64,000 nucleotides of DNA from Lama glama (Eukaryota): positions 73,658,001 to 73,722,000 of the forward strand of contig CM052816.1 of the NCBI GenBank assembly GCA_028534125.1, read 5' to 3'. The translations under genes and the position numbers were made by a program. The notes under the pieces were generated by a model. The model ran no database searches and was not told where the DNA came from. It worked only from the letters and a program-made list of their open reading frames with translations. Shown here in pieces: positions 47,931 through 61,248 of this stretch (positions are counted from its first letter, which is position 1; each line of letters starts with the position of its first letter).

Positions 47931-50858
47931 GAAACTATGGATCCTGTGACAGCATAGTTTCTATCAGTTTTATATATACTTGAATAGTATTTATGCAAAT
48001 GTTTATTTTATATAAACTTGCATAGTGGAATTCTGCTTAAAATTATAAGAAAATCCTTTATCAGAATGCAATTAACATTCATTCTTTTTAACTTTTATAA
48101 CAAAAATTGATTTCTACAACAGACCACATAAGCATTATTAAGAGACTAAAACAACCATTGACTGCATTTAATAAACTTTATATAACAAACTACAAAAAAT
48201 GCATTCATATTCCAACCTAATGTATACATTTGGGTTCATTACACACAAGGTAAAAATATGAGTAACTATTTCCCTAGGCAAGTGTTTTCAAGGTGTATCT
48301 CTTCCTTGTTTTTCCATATTTATTATTTAGGATTTTTTTTTATAATAGGAAAAGCTATTTTCCTCTATCCAAGAATTACTTCCAATATGGAAATAATTAG
48401 TGCATTTGGATATAGAATTCAGAAATGGGAAAATGAAGTCATAAACTAAACAGACTATTTGACAATGAGATTAATAACCTGAAACCCAGAAACAACTTGA
48501 TTTTGGTTCTTATAAAGTCTCACGTACGTGAATAGTATTTCTTAATTCTCATGGCTATGCAATATTTCAGGTTTATATGGCCAGTCACTCTCCAACTCTT
48601 CAGTAAAGGAATTTTCAAAAGTTCCAGTAACAAAGGAGTTAATGGAGTGGCATTACTTTTAAAAGATTTATGCTAACCAGGTGTTTGAGTTGCTTGAAAA
48701 GTCAACCATTTAACATACAACCTTTCTGTTGTAAATACTGTACCAACAGAAGACAGATTAAACAGTTTTGTATAAAACTATGGTTTTAAAAAAATAGGGG
48801 TAATGAAAAAAACATTGTGTCCAACTTTCTTGAGTAAATTGCCGAGCATGTGACCCTGAGAACGCCAGTGTCCTTATACCAGCAACTCAGATTGTCTCAT
48901 GCAGAGACAAAGATTGTATCAGAGGCTTTAAAACATAAATATAGAATCTGTATACCAGAAACAGATTAATACCTATGCTAATCACATATACGATTCTGTG
49001 TCACACGCAAAAGCTCATTCATAGGGCTCCAAGGTTATCGTGGCCTAAACCATCATCCTTAGAGACTGTCAGTTTGTCTGAATTATGAGTTTAACCTGTT
49101 AACCCTGTTGCTTTCATACTATTTCACTGGAAATCCTGCCTTTTGGGGAAAATTGTGGGGTTTTTTTCAGGCTTACAGTCTTGAGCTGGCTTCATACAAA
49201 CTAACCACTGAAAATGGGGGTGAGGGAGGCTTCTCTAGAAATGAGCATTATAGAAACTAACCTCAGGGTTAAATACTACAATCATTCACAGGTGGGATTT
49301 CCTGGGGCTTTGTAACTTTCCATAAAAGGATTTACATATGCCCAAAAGAAGCCACTGCTGAAATAGGGTTTTGGTTTTTTCCCCTTTTGGAGGGGGCAGG
49401 GGGACTGCAGGTTTAACTAAGCAGTGAAGTAACCATGTCTGTTCATAGTTACCAAACTGTTGTGCTTTTTGTTTAGTAGGTCAGCACTGTCGTCGTCTTC
49501 ATTTGCATCTGGGCCTATCACGCAAGGGCCATCGCCTCACAGAAGGTTTTAATCAAAGCAGCCAAACCAACAAAATAGGACATCCTGGTCAGAATTACTC
49601 TCTCAACCTCATTTTGAACTGTTGCTTTTTTCAGAGGTTTGGCAAATTTCATGATAAGCCACTTAGCAAAGTGTTCACATTTAATGAGGCAATTTTTACA
49701 TAAAAAATAATCTTCTGTCACCCAGTCCTTTAAAATGTCAAATATCCATAATTAAATGAAGAGCAGTGTTACATTTTTAACAGTCTGCCGTAAAAACTTA
49801 AAGCACAGAATCCAAAACTGTGCAGCTCTTTTAAAAAAGACTTCTCTACTCAGATCTCAATAACCTAGATGCCAGCCCTTTAAAAAATATAGTATTTTTT
49901 TCTCCATCCTTTTGAGCTTCCCGTAAACAAAAGGACCATAGGCATTGTTTATTATTTAATTTTTGAGTATCTGTATCCATCTTCCTGCTCTATGTTGCTT
50001 GGCTCTCACAGACAAAACAACATGTAGGTTACTACTAGAGCCCACTACTATACAGAAAAATCACCCTTGTCATCAAGAATTACTAGATCCCCTTCAGGCT
50101 TTCCCATAAATCACAGAGTTAAATGTATAGTCACAATCCAGAAATTTCTACATTGTTCACAAATAGCCCAATGGGTCAAGCCTGGTGCAGGATTAACAGC
50201 ATTTCAATGGAAGACCATCCTCTCTTCATTCATATTATTCATGGCATCATCTTTTTTTTACCACTAGTTTGTTGAGGTCAAGGGTTTTTTCCTTTATAGC
50301 AAATTAAAACTAAAGTGTCATTTCTCTCATAGACAGATAGATATGAGGTTGATGTTAATTTTTAAAAGCCCCAATTTGCAGACACACTCTAGGCTTTACA
50401 AAGAGGCAGCGTGTATGTACAGATGTGAGCAAGCAAGTTTAACAGCTGCCATGTGTCAAATTAGGGCCTTCTAAGCCCTGCCTTATGGCACACGTGCCTA
50501 TTAATTTAAACCTCAGTGTGCTTGTCAGACTCCTAACTCAGGCATGGCTCCCTCTGGGAACTGCTACTACTTCAACCATGGTGGCTGCAATGATAGGGAA
50601 CCAGATAGTAGAGCCCTCACAGATCCCTCCTTTCTCTCAGTCTAGAAGCCTACACAAGAAGATCCAAGTGGAAAGCAGATAGGTGGTGGGTAGATGAGCA
50701 GCCTCGTGGATGAAGTATTGCAATTAAAGCAGCACAGAACATTTGAATTGGTCCACGCAACCAAACAGATTCAGTGAGTAAGACTTCTCGCAACCTAGAA
50801 GGGGTGGAGGGGAGGAGAGGGAGACAGAGAGAGTGTGTTCTGTGTGTACATGTGTACA

Positions 50859-51319
50859 TGTAGGCCCCCACCTGAAGGCTGTAGAGAATAAGCCATGGGC
50901 TGAACTGATAAACAAGCTGTGAGAAATGTCACGTAGCTGGCTGGATAAGAGATGGCCTATTTAATGTATCCAGTATGGACGGCTGGATAGCCAATGACGG
51001 GTAAGATCCTCAGAGGAGGACAACCTAAGACAGGCACAGCCGGCTGGATAAGAGATGGCCTACTTAATGAAGTTCTATGACGAACTTTGAAACAATCTGT
51101 CCTTGATCATGTAACATCCTGTGCTTACTGTAGGAGCCTGGGAACCTGGAGCCTGGGAACCTAAATGGCTTAAGATTATTAACATTGTTACAACTTAGGT
51201 GGTATGTGAGGCATCATGCATGTCCTATATAAACCCTTCTACGAGAATCAATAAACAGAGTAGCCATCAGCTCTCTCCGCATACAGTGTGTATGTGTACA
51301 TGATATCGCAACACTGACA
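50859..51319 (+). mobile_element. Solo ERV LTR (probably class I / ERV1-like), 461 bp
   Basis: TG...CA termini (TGTAGG / CTGACA); perfect 5-bp TSD GTACA at 50854-50858 and 51320-51324; CCAAT ~50991; TATATAAA ~51226; AATAAA 51250; internal direct repeats. Confidence 0.85.
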
Positions 51320-51844
51320 GTACATGCGTGTATGTATGAATTTGTACAGCAGTTTCCTCTTTTCTTTCTCTTTGAAGTGTGTATACAAATATTCCATAAT
51401 GTATTTAGTGCTTTACTGAACAATTAGAATCTCTCTTTGAAAGATTAAAACCACTCAAAACTTTGGACAATTAAAATTGGTCAGTAGAATTTCTGAAGTA
51501 AGGTAATTTTAATCATGCCATTGAACAATCCAATTTTTAAATCATTCTGTGGTAGTTCACATTTTAACAGTTTCTCCATCCTTATATCTCTTTGTGTATT
51601 TAAAAAATTAGTTACTAAGCAAATTTACTAGGACTTTGTTAGTTCTTGGAATTAGAGCAAAGGAGAAAACAGGTGTCACCTCTGCCCTCATGTACTTAAG
51701 CTTTTGAATGGGGCAACATGTCTTTCAAGAACAGAGTATTATAGAGTTCTCTCTATTTATAAAATGGTATCCTGATATCTGAAAAAAATGAATGACAACC
51801 TCTCAAAGCCTATACTGTTATTAACAATATTCTAAAATTCCTCC

Positions 51845-52218
51845 TGTTACAGGTTGAACTGTGTTCTACCAAAATTTGTATGTAGAAGTCCTAAACCTCA
51901 GTAGCTCAAGATGTGACCTTATTTGGAAATAGGGTCTTTGTTGAGGTAATCAAGTTAAAATGAAGTTATTAAGGTGGCCATAATCCAATATGACAGGTGT
52001 CATATTGGGTGATGCTTCTAAATGCCAAGGAATGCCAATGACTGCCAGAAAACCACCGGAAACCAGGAAAGAAGCATGAACTTATTCTTTCTGACAGCCT
52101 TCAGAAGGAACCAACTCTGTTGACACCTTGATCTCAGACTTCCAGTCCCCAGAACTAATAAAATTTCTCTTTTTGAGTCACCTAGTTTGTTGTACTTTGT
52201 TATGGCAATTTAATACAT
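51845..52218 (+). mobile_element. MaLR solo LTR (MLT1B/C-like)
   Basis: TGTTACAGGTTGAACTGTGT...ATGTGACCTTATTTGGAAATAGGGTCTTTG...GCCAAGGAATGCCAA...GACACCTTGATCTCAGACTTCCAG. Confidence 0.9.
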
Positions 52219-53404
52219 CTTCTAAAATCTAATATTCTAGTTCTTCTTTAAAATGTGATAAAGCATATGAAGAAGGGCTGTGGTGATAGGCAGAATTCCA
52301 ACTGGCAGAAAATTTTAATGAACAGTTTTTTAATGTCTTTAATAAAAATAAAGATACCTACTCCATTGAATCTCAATCTAATTATGCTAAAAAATGTATA
52401 TCGTTGAATTGAAAGGATTTATTTTTCTTTTCAATGTAAAATAAACTCCTAAGAACACACTAGTGGGACATTTGGAACTGTAGTTTACAAATGTAATTAC
52501 TGTATCATAATACACACACAAAAAATAATATGACAGAGAAACAGAAAAAATAGCATTCAGTTCTGGTGAGGGGATGATCTTTAAACATAAACCTAAACTC
52601 TAACAAGTTTGAGTACACATGTCCAAAATTAAATAAAGTGAGGAAGGACACTGTTTTTACTTAGTGTGAAAATTTAGTATTATGATCGTGTTGTATTTCA
52701 GGAGATAAGGGGATTTTTTGGGAAGTCAGAGTTTATCTCTGCAACTTTGTCAAGTATTTGATAAAGTGAAAGAAGCTATGTGACTCAAAAACTTGTTTTC
52801 AATTTCACAGTCTAAATGCATAGCCAAATTCTGTTTGATTCCATCATCTTCTATAATGCTGTAGTGGAAAAACACACAAAAACAAAGTAAACATTAAGTT
52901 GAAGGGTTTTTTTGAGTAAATAAAAAATTTCAATAATATCCTTGATTCATCATTCTTGAATGGCTTCTCTTGCCCCAAAATCTTGTCATCCTTTGTATTT
53001 GGAAACTTTCCCATATTTTCCCATACTTGTATTTATTTATGGTGATTTAATGAAATAGAAAAAATTACATAGACACAAGCCTTATGACTAAATATTTAAG
53101 ATATTCTATCCTTTAAAATAGTTGTAGCTGAATTAGAATGTATCCTGTCAGTTTTACTTCTATGACATAGAAAATGGGCATAATTATCCCTCATCTATCT
53201 ACTCTAAGTCAGAAAAAAAGAAAATTATTTTTATTTTCCTAATTACTTACATCCTTACAGATTGTCCTAAATATTAGCAATTATGTAGCATCAAATAGTT
53301 TTGATGATTTTTCAATTATCATCTACATAATTTGTTACTGTAAATGTAGATGTCTAGATCCATGATCAAGGCAAAAAAAGATTAAAGTTTTATATACTTT
53401 AAAT

Positions 53405-53768
53405 ATAGCTGTGAACTAAATTCAAAATTGAACCCAAAATTCAGACTCAAACTTCAAATTGTTGAAGCCCTAGTCCCCAATGTGATGGTGTTTGAAGGTG
53501 AAGCCTTCAGGAGATGATTAGGTTGTAAGGATGAATGGGATTAGTGCCCTTGTAAGAAGGGACACAGGAAAATATCTCTGTCATGTGAGAAAACAGCCAG
53601 AAGACAGTTGTCTGTAAACCAGCCAGAAAGTTCTCACCAAACACTGAATCTGCCAGTAGGGATCTTGGACTTCTCAGGCTCTAGAATTATGAGACAATAA
53701 ATGTTTGTTTAAGGTTTAAGCCACCCAGTATATGGTATTTTTGCTGTCATAATCCAAACTGCACACAC
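53405..53768 (+). mobile_element. MaLR solo LTR (MLT1A-like)
   Basis: TGTTGAAGCCCTAGTCCCCAATGTGATGGTGTTTG...ATGAATGGGATTAGTGCCCTT...TTAAGCCACCCAGTATATGGTATTT. Confidence 0.85.
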
Positions 53769-53831
53769 AAATATTTTTTAAAAATCTGTTCTGATAAGAC
53801 TTCACTTTATAACATGAATTCCTACCTAATA

Positions 53832-54177
53832 CAGTTGTCCCTCAGTATCCACAGGTGATTAGCTCCAGGACCTCCTTTAAATACCCGATTCAAGGATGCT
53901 TAAGTCCCATATAGGACAAAGGGTAGTATTTGCATATAAACTACATACATCCTCCCGTACATGCTTTAAATCATTTCTGGATTATTTGTAATACCTAACA
54001 TAATGTAAATGCTATGAAAATAGGTGTAAAAATGTAAATGCTATGTAAATAATTGTTGGTGTGCAGCAAATTCAAGTTTTGCTTTTTGGGGCTACCTAGA
54101 AGTTTTTTTCAAGTATTTTCAATTTGCAGTTGGTTGAACCTACTGACGCGGAGTCCACAGATATGGAGGGCCAATTG
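53832..54177. mobile_element. MER2 (Tigger-type MITE)
   Basis: TA|CAGTTGTCCCTCAGTATCCAC ... GATATGGAGGGCCAATTG|TA termini; internal GTAGTATTTGCATATAA...CATCCTCCCGTA; ~345 bp. Confidence 0.9.
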
Positions 54178-54639
54178 TATTTATTTTCTGTTGATATTAG
54201 AGTAGGCCGCTACAGGGTGACAAAAAAGGTGGGAGCCTAAAACGAGGCAGTTTTTGTACATGATTCAGTTGCTATTTAATACCATAAGGTCTGGCAGAAA
54301 GGAATTCAAGTGGGAGCCAGTAAGCCAGTGACTTCATCATAGACAGTAGATTAATAAGGAGGAGTAGCAGGAAATAGTAGAAATCAGAAATCTAGAAGAA
54401 CACAAGTTCTATTCCATGGCAACAGAGGTTTTTAGTTAGGTGATCCCCTTTATACTTCTTACATATCAGAAGTGCAGTCTTAGAAGCTAAACCTTAAGAA
54501 AGCATTTGCAGCTGGTCAAAGAATGATAGAAAGGAAAATAAAGGCCTGATTAGATCCTGATCATTGAAATGGTAAAACAAAGGTGTCTTAAAAGCAAGAA
54601 ATGGTACAAATAGAAATAAAAAGAAATAACATGGTCATG

Positions 54640-55900
54640 TTCTTGTTTCATCCATGATGGAGTAGCTATTATTAGACTTAACTTCTTGCTGTAAACAACA
54701 ATAAAATCTAGTCAAAACATATATAACAACTGTTTGCAGGCACTGGACAGCAGCCACTGCAGGGATATGGTCCTTGAGAAAAAAAAGAGGCAAACAAAAT
54801 AAACATCACATAAACCCCAGATTTCTTCCTAGGGGCATTTTCCAAACCACAACTCAGGGAAATAGAGCCTAAGTAAAGATAATACTCTTATTGGACAGCA
54901 GAAACAGAGATCAGAGTTCAGGGCAGCCAAGAAAACAAGTAGAGTAGCTGAGTCCCAGAGAGAAAAAACTACAGAGAAGGAGCCCTAAAAAAGTGTGTAT
55001 AATTTCCCCTCTGGTCCTTAGTTAACCTCTAAAATGCACTTATAGAAGGCAAAGCTTTGAAAACCCAGGAAAGGAAGTCACTGGGACACTGAAGATCAGA
55101 GCAAAGGTTTCCAACACTATGGAGTTCACATCCAGGACTTAGATACTGGAGCATTCATTTGAGATCCCAGAAATGCTACCTCCTAAGATGCAGAGTAAAA
55201 AATACCCCCCTAAGTAGAAAGGCCGTGAAGAAAACCGAAGTGGACTTGTTCTCACAAAGCTTAAAACTACTTTGGCAAAATAAAAGAGATCCACAAGTAC
55301 TTTTACTCTCTGCTAGAACAATATGTAGCATTTTTAGAACATAATTCTGAGCATCTGTAACATATACACAATGTTAGGTATATAATCAAAAGTTACCAAA
55401 CACATTCAGAATTTTTAAGTCTAATAATTGAAAATAAAATAGAAACAGAAACAAAGTACTGGAGTTAACAGATGAGGAATTTTAAATAATTGATGAATAT
55501 ATTCAAGAAAGAAAGAAAAATGGACAAAATGGATAAGAGAATACAGATTTTCAGTGGTGGATTAAAATGGACATTCCAGAAATACAAAATACATTATCCG
55601 AACTTGAGAATGCATTATATAGACAATACCAGACAGAAAACTGTGTAGTGAATTTGAAGACAAATCAATAGAAGAATCTCTCAATAAAAGTGAAGAAAAA
55701 GAAACCACAAAAAAAAGAAATTCAAGACATAGAACGGAGCCAAATTAAACTTCAACTAAAGTCTATTCTAGAAAATATGTTCTTGAAAATATTAAAAAAT
55801 AAGCTTTGAAGAGATCAAAGTGATTCCAAGCAATTCAATGGCATCCAACAAGAAAGCCTAAAAATATCACAGAAATACAAAAAAAATCCAGCACCTAACA
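54640..55900 (+). mobile_element. Old L1M 5' UTR and ORF1 remnants
   Basis: TAAACAACAATAAAATCTAGTCAAAACATATATAACAACTGTTTGCAGGCACTGGACA 5' motif; ORF1-like AAATGGACATTCCAGAAAT...AGTGAATTTGAAGACAAATCAATAGAA. Confidence 0.65.
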
Positions 55901-55989
55901 TGCTCTGCATGAAGTATACTATCTGAAGGTAGAATATAAGTTAAAGATGTACATTGCAAATCCTTGAGTAAACGCTCAGAGTGAACCAT

Positions 55990-56212
55990 AAACACATCCA
56001 GTGAACCTTAATACAAACTAATGAACTCTGAGTGATAATTATGTTTTAGTGTACCTTCCTGAATTGTAAGAAATCTACCACTCCGTTGAGGAATGTTGAT
56101 AATGGGGGAGACTATGCATATGTGGGGACAGGAGTTATAGGGGAAATCTCTGTAACTTCAGCTCAGTTTTTCTGTGAACATAAAACTTCAATAAAATACA
56201 CAGTCTATTAAG
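55990..56212 (+). mobile_element. L1MC-type 3' terminus
   Basis: AGTGAACCTTAATACAAACTA...ATGTTGATAATGGGGGAGACTATGCATATGTGGGGACAGG...GGAAATCTCTGTA...TTTTCTGTGAAC. Confidence 0.8.
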
Positions 56213-56369
56213 CACACAAACATGCATGAGCACACACACAAGAAGATGGGACATTAAAATGCAAATAGCAAGACAGCATATTTACACACAACCATATCTG
56301 TAATAATCAAATCCTAAAAGATAATCCCCAAGAGTCCACACCCTAATTCCTAGATTCCCTATGAATATG

Positions 56370-56560
56370 TCCAGATAGCAAACATGGCTTTGGTGGCCAT
56401 AGGTTTCTGTTGTGACTATTCAACTTCATTATTGTAGCCAGTACTCTAACATTCAAGACAATATGTAAATGAACAAGCATGGCTATAATCCAGTAAAATT
56501 TTACTTAAGAAAATGAGCAGTGGGCTGGGTTTGACCTGTAGGCTACAATTTGCCAATACT
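56370..56560. mobile_element. MER58A-like hAT MITE
   Basis: GGCCATAGGTTTCTGTTGTGACTATTCAACT...AGACAATATGTAAATGAA...CAGTGGGCTGGGTTTGACCTGTAGGCTACAATTTGCCAA. Confidence 0.75.
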
Positions 56561-56561
56561 T

Positions 56562-56980
56562 CACCAAGAAAAATTCTAAGGAACCTACAAAAAAAAAAGA
56601 TACAAGAACTAATATGTGAATTTAGCAAGGTCACAGGATAGAAGATCAATCTACCAAAAATCAATTGAACTTTTATATATTAGCAACGATCCACTGAAAT
56701 TTTAAAATTATTGCTAGTAGCCCTGAAAATATGGCATATCTGAAGGTAGATTTTAAATAAGTATTTATGTATAAGAGCTGCACAATAAAAAACACAAAAC
56801 ATTGCCAAGATAAACTAAAGAAGGAACAGACAGATAAATCATACTTAACTGTTTGGAAGAGTAAACATCACTAATATTTTAGTTCTTTCCTATTTGATCT
56901 ACAATTTAAAGGCAATTCCTAACAAACTCTTAATCTCTCTTTTTGGAGAAAATGTCATGCAGAATCAAAAAATTACATAG
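56562..56980 (+). mobile_element. Old L1 ORF2 fragment
   Basis: GAACTAATATGTGAATTTAGCAAGGTCACAGGATAGAAGATCAAT...CAAAAATCAATTG...GATCTACAATTTAAAGGCAATTCC, a diverged ORF2 segment downstream of the RT core. Confidence 0.75.
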
Positions 56981-57585
56981 ACAATAGCCAAGCCAAGACA
57001 TGGAAACAACCTAATTGCCCATCGACAGATGACTGGATAAGGAAGTTGTGGTATATTTATACAATGGAATACTACTAAGCCATAAAAAAGGAATAAAACA
57101 ATGCCATTTGCAGCAAGATGGATGGACCTGGAGATCATCATTCTAAGTGAAGTAAGCCAGAAAGAGAAACAAAAATACCATATGATATCACTCGTTCGTG
57201 GAATCTAAAAAAAGAAAAAAGACACTAATGAACTCATCTATAAAACAGAAACAGACTTGCAGACATAGTAAACAATTTTATGGTTACCGGGGGTGGGAAG
57301 GGATAAATTGGGAGTTCAAGATTTGCAAATGTTAACAACCATATATAAAAATAGATAAAAGATTAATTTCTTCTGTATAGCACAGGGAACTACATTCAAT
57401 ATCTTATAATAACCTTCAATGAAAAAGAATATGAAAATGAATATATGTATGTATATCCATGACTGGGACGTTATGCTGCACACCAGAAACTGACACATTA
57501 TAACTGACTATATTTCAAGAATAAATAAATAAATAAAATTTTTAATTAAAAATAAATTGAAAATAAACATTAAAAAATAAAATAA
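56981..57585 (+). mobile_element. Young 5'-truncated L1 3' end with A-rich tail
   Basis: ACAATAGCCAAG...ATGGAAACAACCTAA...GATGACTGGATAAG...GTATAGCACAGGGAACTAC...TGACACATTATAACTGACTA followed by an AATAAA-rich tail. Confidence 0.93.
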
Positions 57586-60297
57586 GACACCTGAATCCTT
57601 CATGAGCCCTACATCAACTACAATACCTACTGACATACATATTTAGTAATATTTTCCAAATCTTAATAAGTCTTTGCAAACCTAAGTTTGCATGACTACA
57701 CAAAGACAAATTTGGCTTAGAATGGCTAATAAAACATCTGTGGCCATTTTTATAAACCTTACTTAGTTAGAACTGATCTTGTCTATCTCGTAGAGATCTA
57801 GCAAAAGCTGAATTCAATAGGGTAGGGAACAAAAACTGGGAAAGTTCTGGGAAGCAGTGCTCAGTTGGAAATTTTTAAAAAAAACACTTCAGAAAAAAAG
57901 AAAAGGGAGTAAGGGAGTACTTTAGAATGAATATTTAACTGCCTTTCTTAAAAGTAACTAATTTCTAATATAAAGTCATTCTCTCTTCTCCAGTGCCTAC
58001 CTTATCTTAGAGTACTAAAGGGGTTAAGTGCTGATTGATATCTTTTCCAAGTCAAATAATGCAACCATTACAGAACACTATTAGAAAAAAAGTTATTACT
58101 ATTTCCTACAATACTGATAGAGGACAGATGGCTGGCATATATCCACACCCCAGCTTTGGGGCCCCAGAGGTAAATCAGAGTGTGAAGCCTTGAAGTTCAA
58201 CAGGATACTTTGAAGCGGGGGACCACTAGCTGAGGGCTAGCGGGAAGATACAACTGAAGATCCCAGTCTAGAAAGCCGCTCAAGGTGAGTGCTGTGTTAG
58301 TGGAGCTGGGGTACCGTCATCCAGTCACAGCGAGTCACAGGCAGCCTAATAGAAATGCCAAAAAACAATCACAACTCATCAAACAGAAAATGATACTACC
58401 AAGGAAAACCCTGTAAGGAGAAAACTGTCCCTCTCCTCCCACTCCACAAACACCAGTGGCATAAGCCAGGAAAAAGGTAGGGCCCAGCCCGTTAAGGGGG
58501 CAAGGACGCATACTGAAAAAGGTAACACACATCTCAAGCCACTAGTCACACTTGCGCCAAGCACAACTGTGAATCAGAGTGGGAAAGCAAGGAAGATGTG
58601 AAGCAAATTAGACAGGAATGAGAATTTGCAATTTTTTAGGCCCTGAAATTAAGTGAAACTTTGCGGAATCAAAGTGGGATGTCATTAAAGGAGCTTAACA
58701 TGTAACAGAAAATGCAGGGGGACATGATAGACTTTAGTGGTAATAGAAAAAAAAAATCCATCTTTATATTCCAGTTAGTTGAGACTGCTCAGAATAGACA
58801 CAGTAACATTCATTTTTCATATATTATCAGTTAAAATATGGCAAACCTCTAAAACCTTTCTAACTTCTACATTTGTACACTCTTGAAATGTTTCAAAGGT
58901 GAAAAGCCCATTTATTCTAAGGAGTTTTCTCTCTTAATGTTTAATAACTATTAGCAAAGCACTTTCTTCACAAAGTTGAAAATATTTTATAAATGATAAA
59001 TGCCTATATACTACTCCTAAGACATCATAACAATTTTAAGTCCCCACTATAAAAGAATAGGTCTTATTTTAGTCAACAACACGATTATGGTTTCTGGTCT
59101 CTTAACTTAACCTACATAAGCACAATGTAAAAATCAAACCATTTCATGTGATCTTTCCTTTTAGTAACTCCCTTTACACCCAAGCACGTACTTTGTACCT
59201 ACACCTTCAAAAGGCCAACATGACTAAACATGTAAATAAACCTCCAAACAACTTTTAAACTTGATGCAATAAAAAGCTAACACATCACTTCAGCAGAGAT
59301 ATTGATTAAACTAATTTTTTCCAAAAGGGGATCACAGGATGCAATGCCACGTATAAAAAACATTGGAAATATAAAGTTAGGTGAGAATTAGGAGCTTAGA
59401 GGGTTGATAGGATAAGTGGACAGTAGCTAACAATTCCTGTCTCCTAGCATGGATGGAATAAGCACATTTCACAAGTGGGTAACAGTCATTCTCAGGAACT
59501 ACAGTAATCTACTCTGTGAGAGTGGGACAAAGTAAAAAGCATATGGGAAATTTGGAAGATAAGTAACAAAGAAAAACTGCCATCATAGATTAAAGTTACA
59601 GAACGGAGACCGATTTGCTAGCACAACCGTCACTGTTTACCTAAAAATGGTTTTTGTCAATGATTGGTCAACATAAAGATGCGCTGTCATTATTGCATTA
59701 AAATAAACAGACAGCAGAACCAGCACCCAGAATTACTTTGGAGGAAGGAAGAGGAAAGCCCTTGCCCCAGAAGAATAAAATGTCGCAACTTTCAATAGTG
59801 TTCTAAGCCAAATATTCACAAAAAGATCTCTTGCCAAGGAAAAAAATACTTTCCTAATTTGTTTCTTTTGTTGTGTTTTGCTTTGAATTTTAAAAGTTCT
59901 TTTTTGTTTTGTTTTAAAGGGCAAATTCATAAATATTTACAGAGAGATCTTACTAAGCAGAAAAAGAGATTAGAAAATGTTTTTGAATGAATGCAACATA
60001 TTTGATGTAAATTGAATTATACAATCAATTTTATATTGAGGAGAAAGAAATTATAAATCACAACATAATCTGCTTCATTAGACAAAATTTTAAATGATAG
60101 GAGAAGTTAAGATAAATCCAGTGTTTTGTATTTGTTGTGGCTCAAGTTAAATTTAATAAATATATTGGGTACCAAAGATAGTAAGCAAAATTATGTAGTA
60201 GTATTAAATGTCATCAAGTAAAAATATTAGTAGTGAATAGTCCTTATTTTAAAATTTAAACATATGTCATATATACTACTAACCATATAAAATTCTG

Positions 60298-60420
60298 GTT
60301 TTTTGTCTTTTTTAGTAGGTTTATTTATTTAGTTATTCTTAGAGGAGGTACTGGGGATTGAACCCAAGACCTCATGCATGCTAAGCATGCGCTCTACCAC
60401 TTGAGCTATACTCTTCCCCC
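60298..60420 (-). mobile_element. tRNA-derived SINE (camelid Vic-1-like)
   Basis: Antisense GGAGGTACTGGGGATTGAACCC...GCATGCTAAGCATGCGCTCTACCACTTGAGCTATAC; T-rich tail on the left; TSD AAAATTCTG at 60289-60297 and 60421-60429. Confidence 0.95.
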
Positions 60421-61217
60421 AAAATTCTGTTTATTACAGAGTCTTATAAATCTTTGATTTTCTATTTTCTTGTATGTCTTAGAATATAGTAAAAGTTTAT
60501 CCATTTCCACTTCATAAAGCTGAATCATATTTGTGTTTTATTGGACAGTGATAATTTGTGCAAAAACCACATTTGTGTTTTATTGAAAAACAAAATGGTT
60601 TCAAAAAAATACTTTCACTGTAGTCATTAAAAACCTTGGCAGCAACATTATTGCAAATAAATTTGTTGTTTATGGTAGCCTTATTCATTATTAAGTACTA
60701 AATAGGGAAAACAGGATTTTTTTAAAGTATTATTTGAAGATGGTTTATATTTAGATAGACTTCATTCCCAAATTCTACAACTATTTTTTAAAAATATAGA
60801 TTAAACTCCATGTTCTCTTCTCTTAAACATTCCATTCATTTCTCCTAGAATATAACTATTACACATATAACATAAAATAGAATGTAACTACTACACATAG
60901 AATTAACAAGATCCTTAGCCACCAAAGGTGAAAAGCTATGAACTGTGTGAAATTTATCAAAGTTCAGCTATAAATTGGGCATCAGAGGTACTCCTACAAC
61001 CCACATAAAATTTCAAATATAACATCTTCAGAAAAAATACGCATCTCCTTGGTCTCTGGTTTTAATGGTAAAATGACGATTCATGAAGTGCCTCATAGAC
61101 CTTGGCAAGAAAAGCAAAATAGAAAAAGTACTAACGAAAAGAAGCCTCCACTATCTTGCCCTAAAGCCTGCATTTCATTTTAATAAAAAGGATAAGGAAA
61201 GTATCCTATACCTATAA

Positions 61218-61248
61218 AAACAAACAAACAAACAAACAAACAAACAAA
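61218..61248. repeat. (AAAC)n microsatellite
   Basis: About seven AAAC units read directly. Confidence 0.9.
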
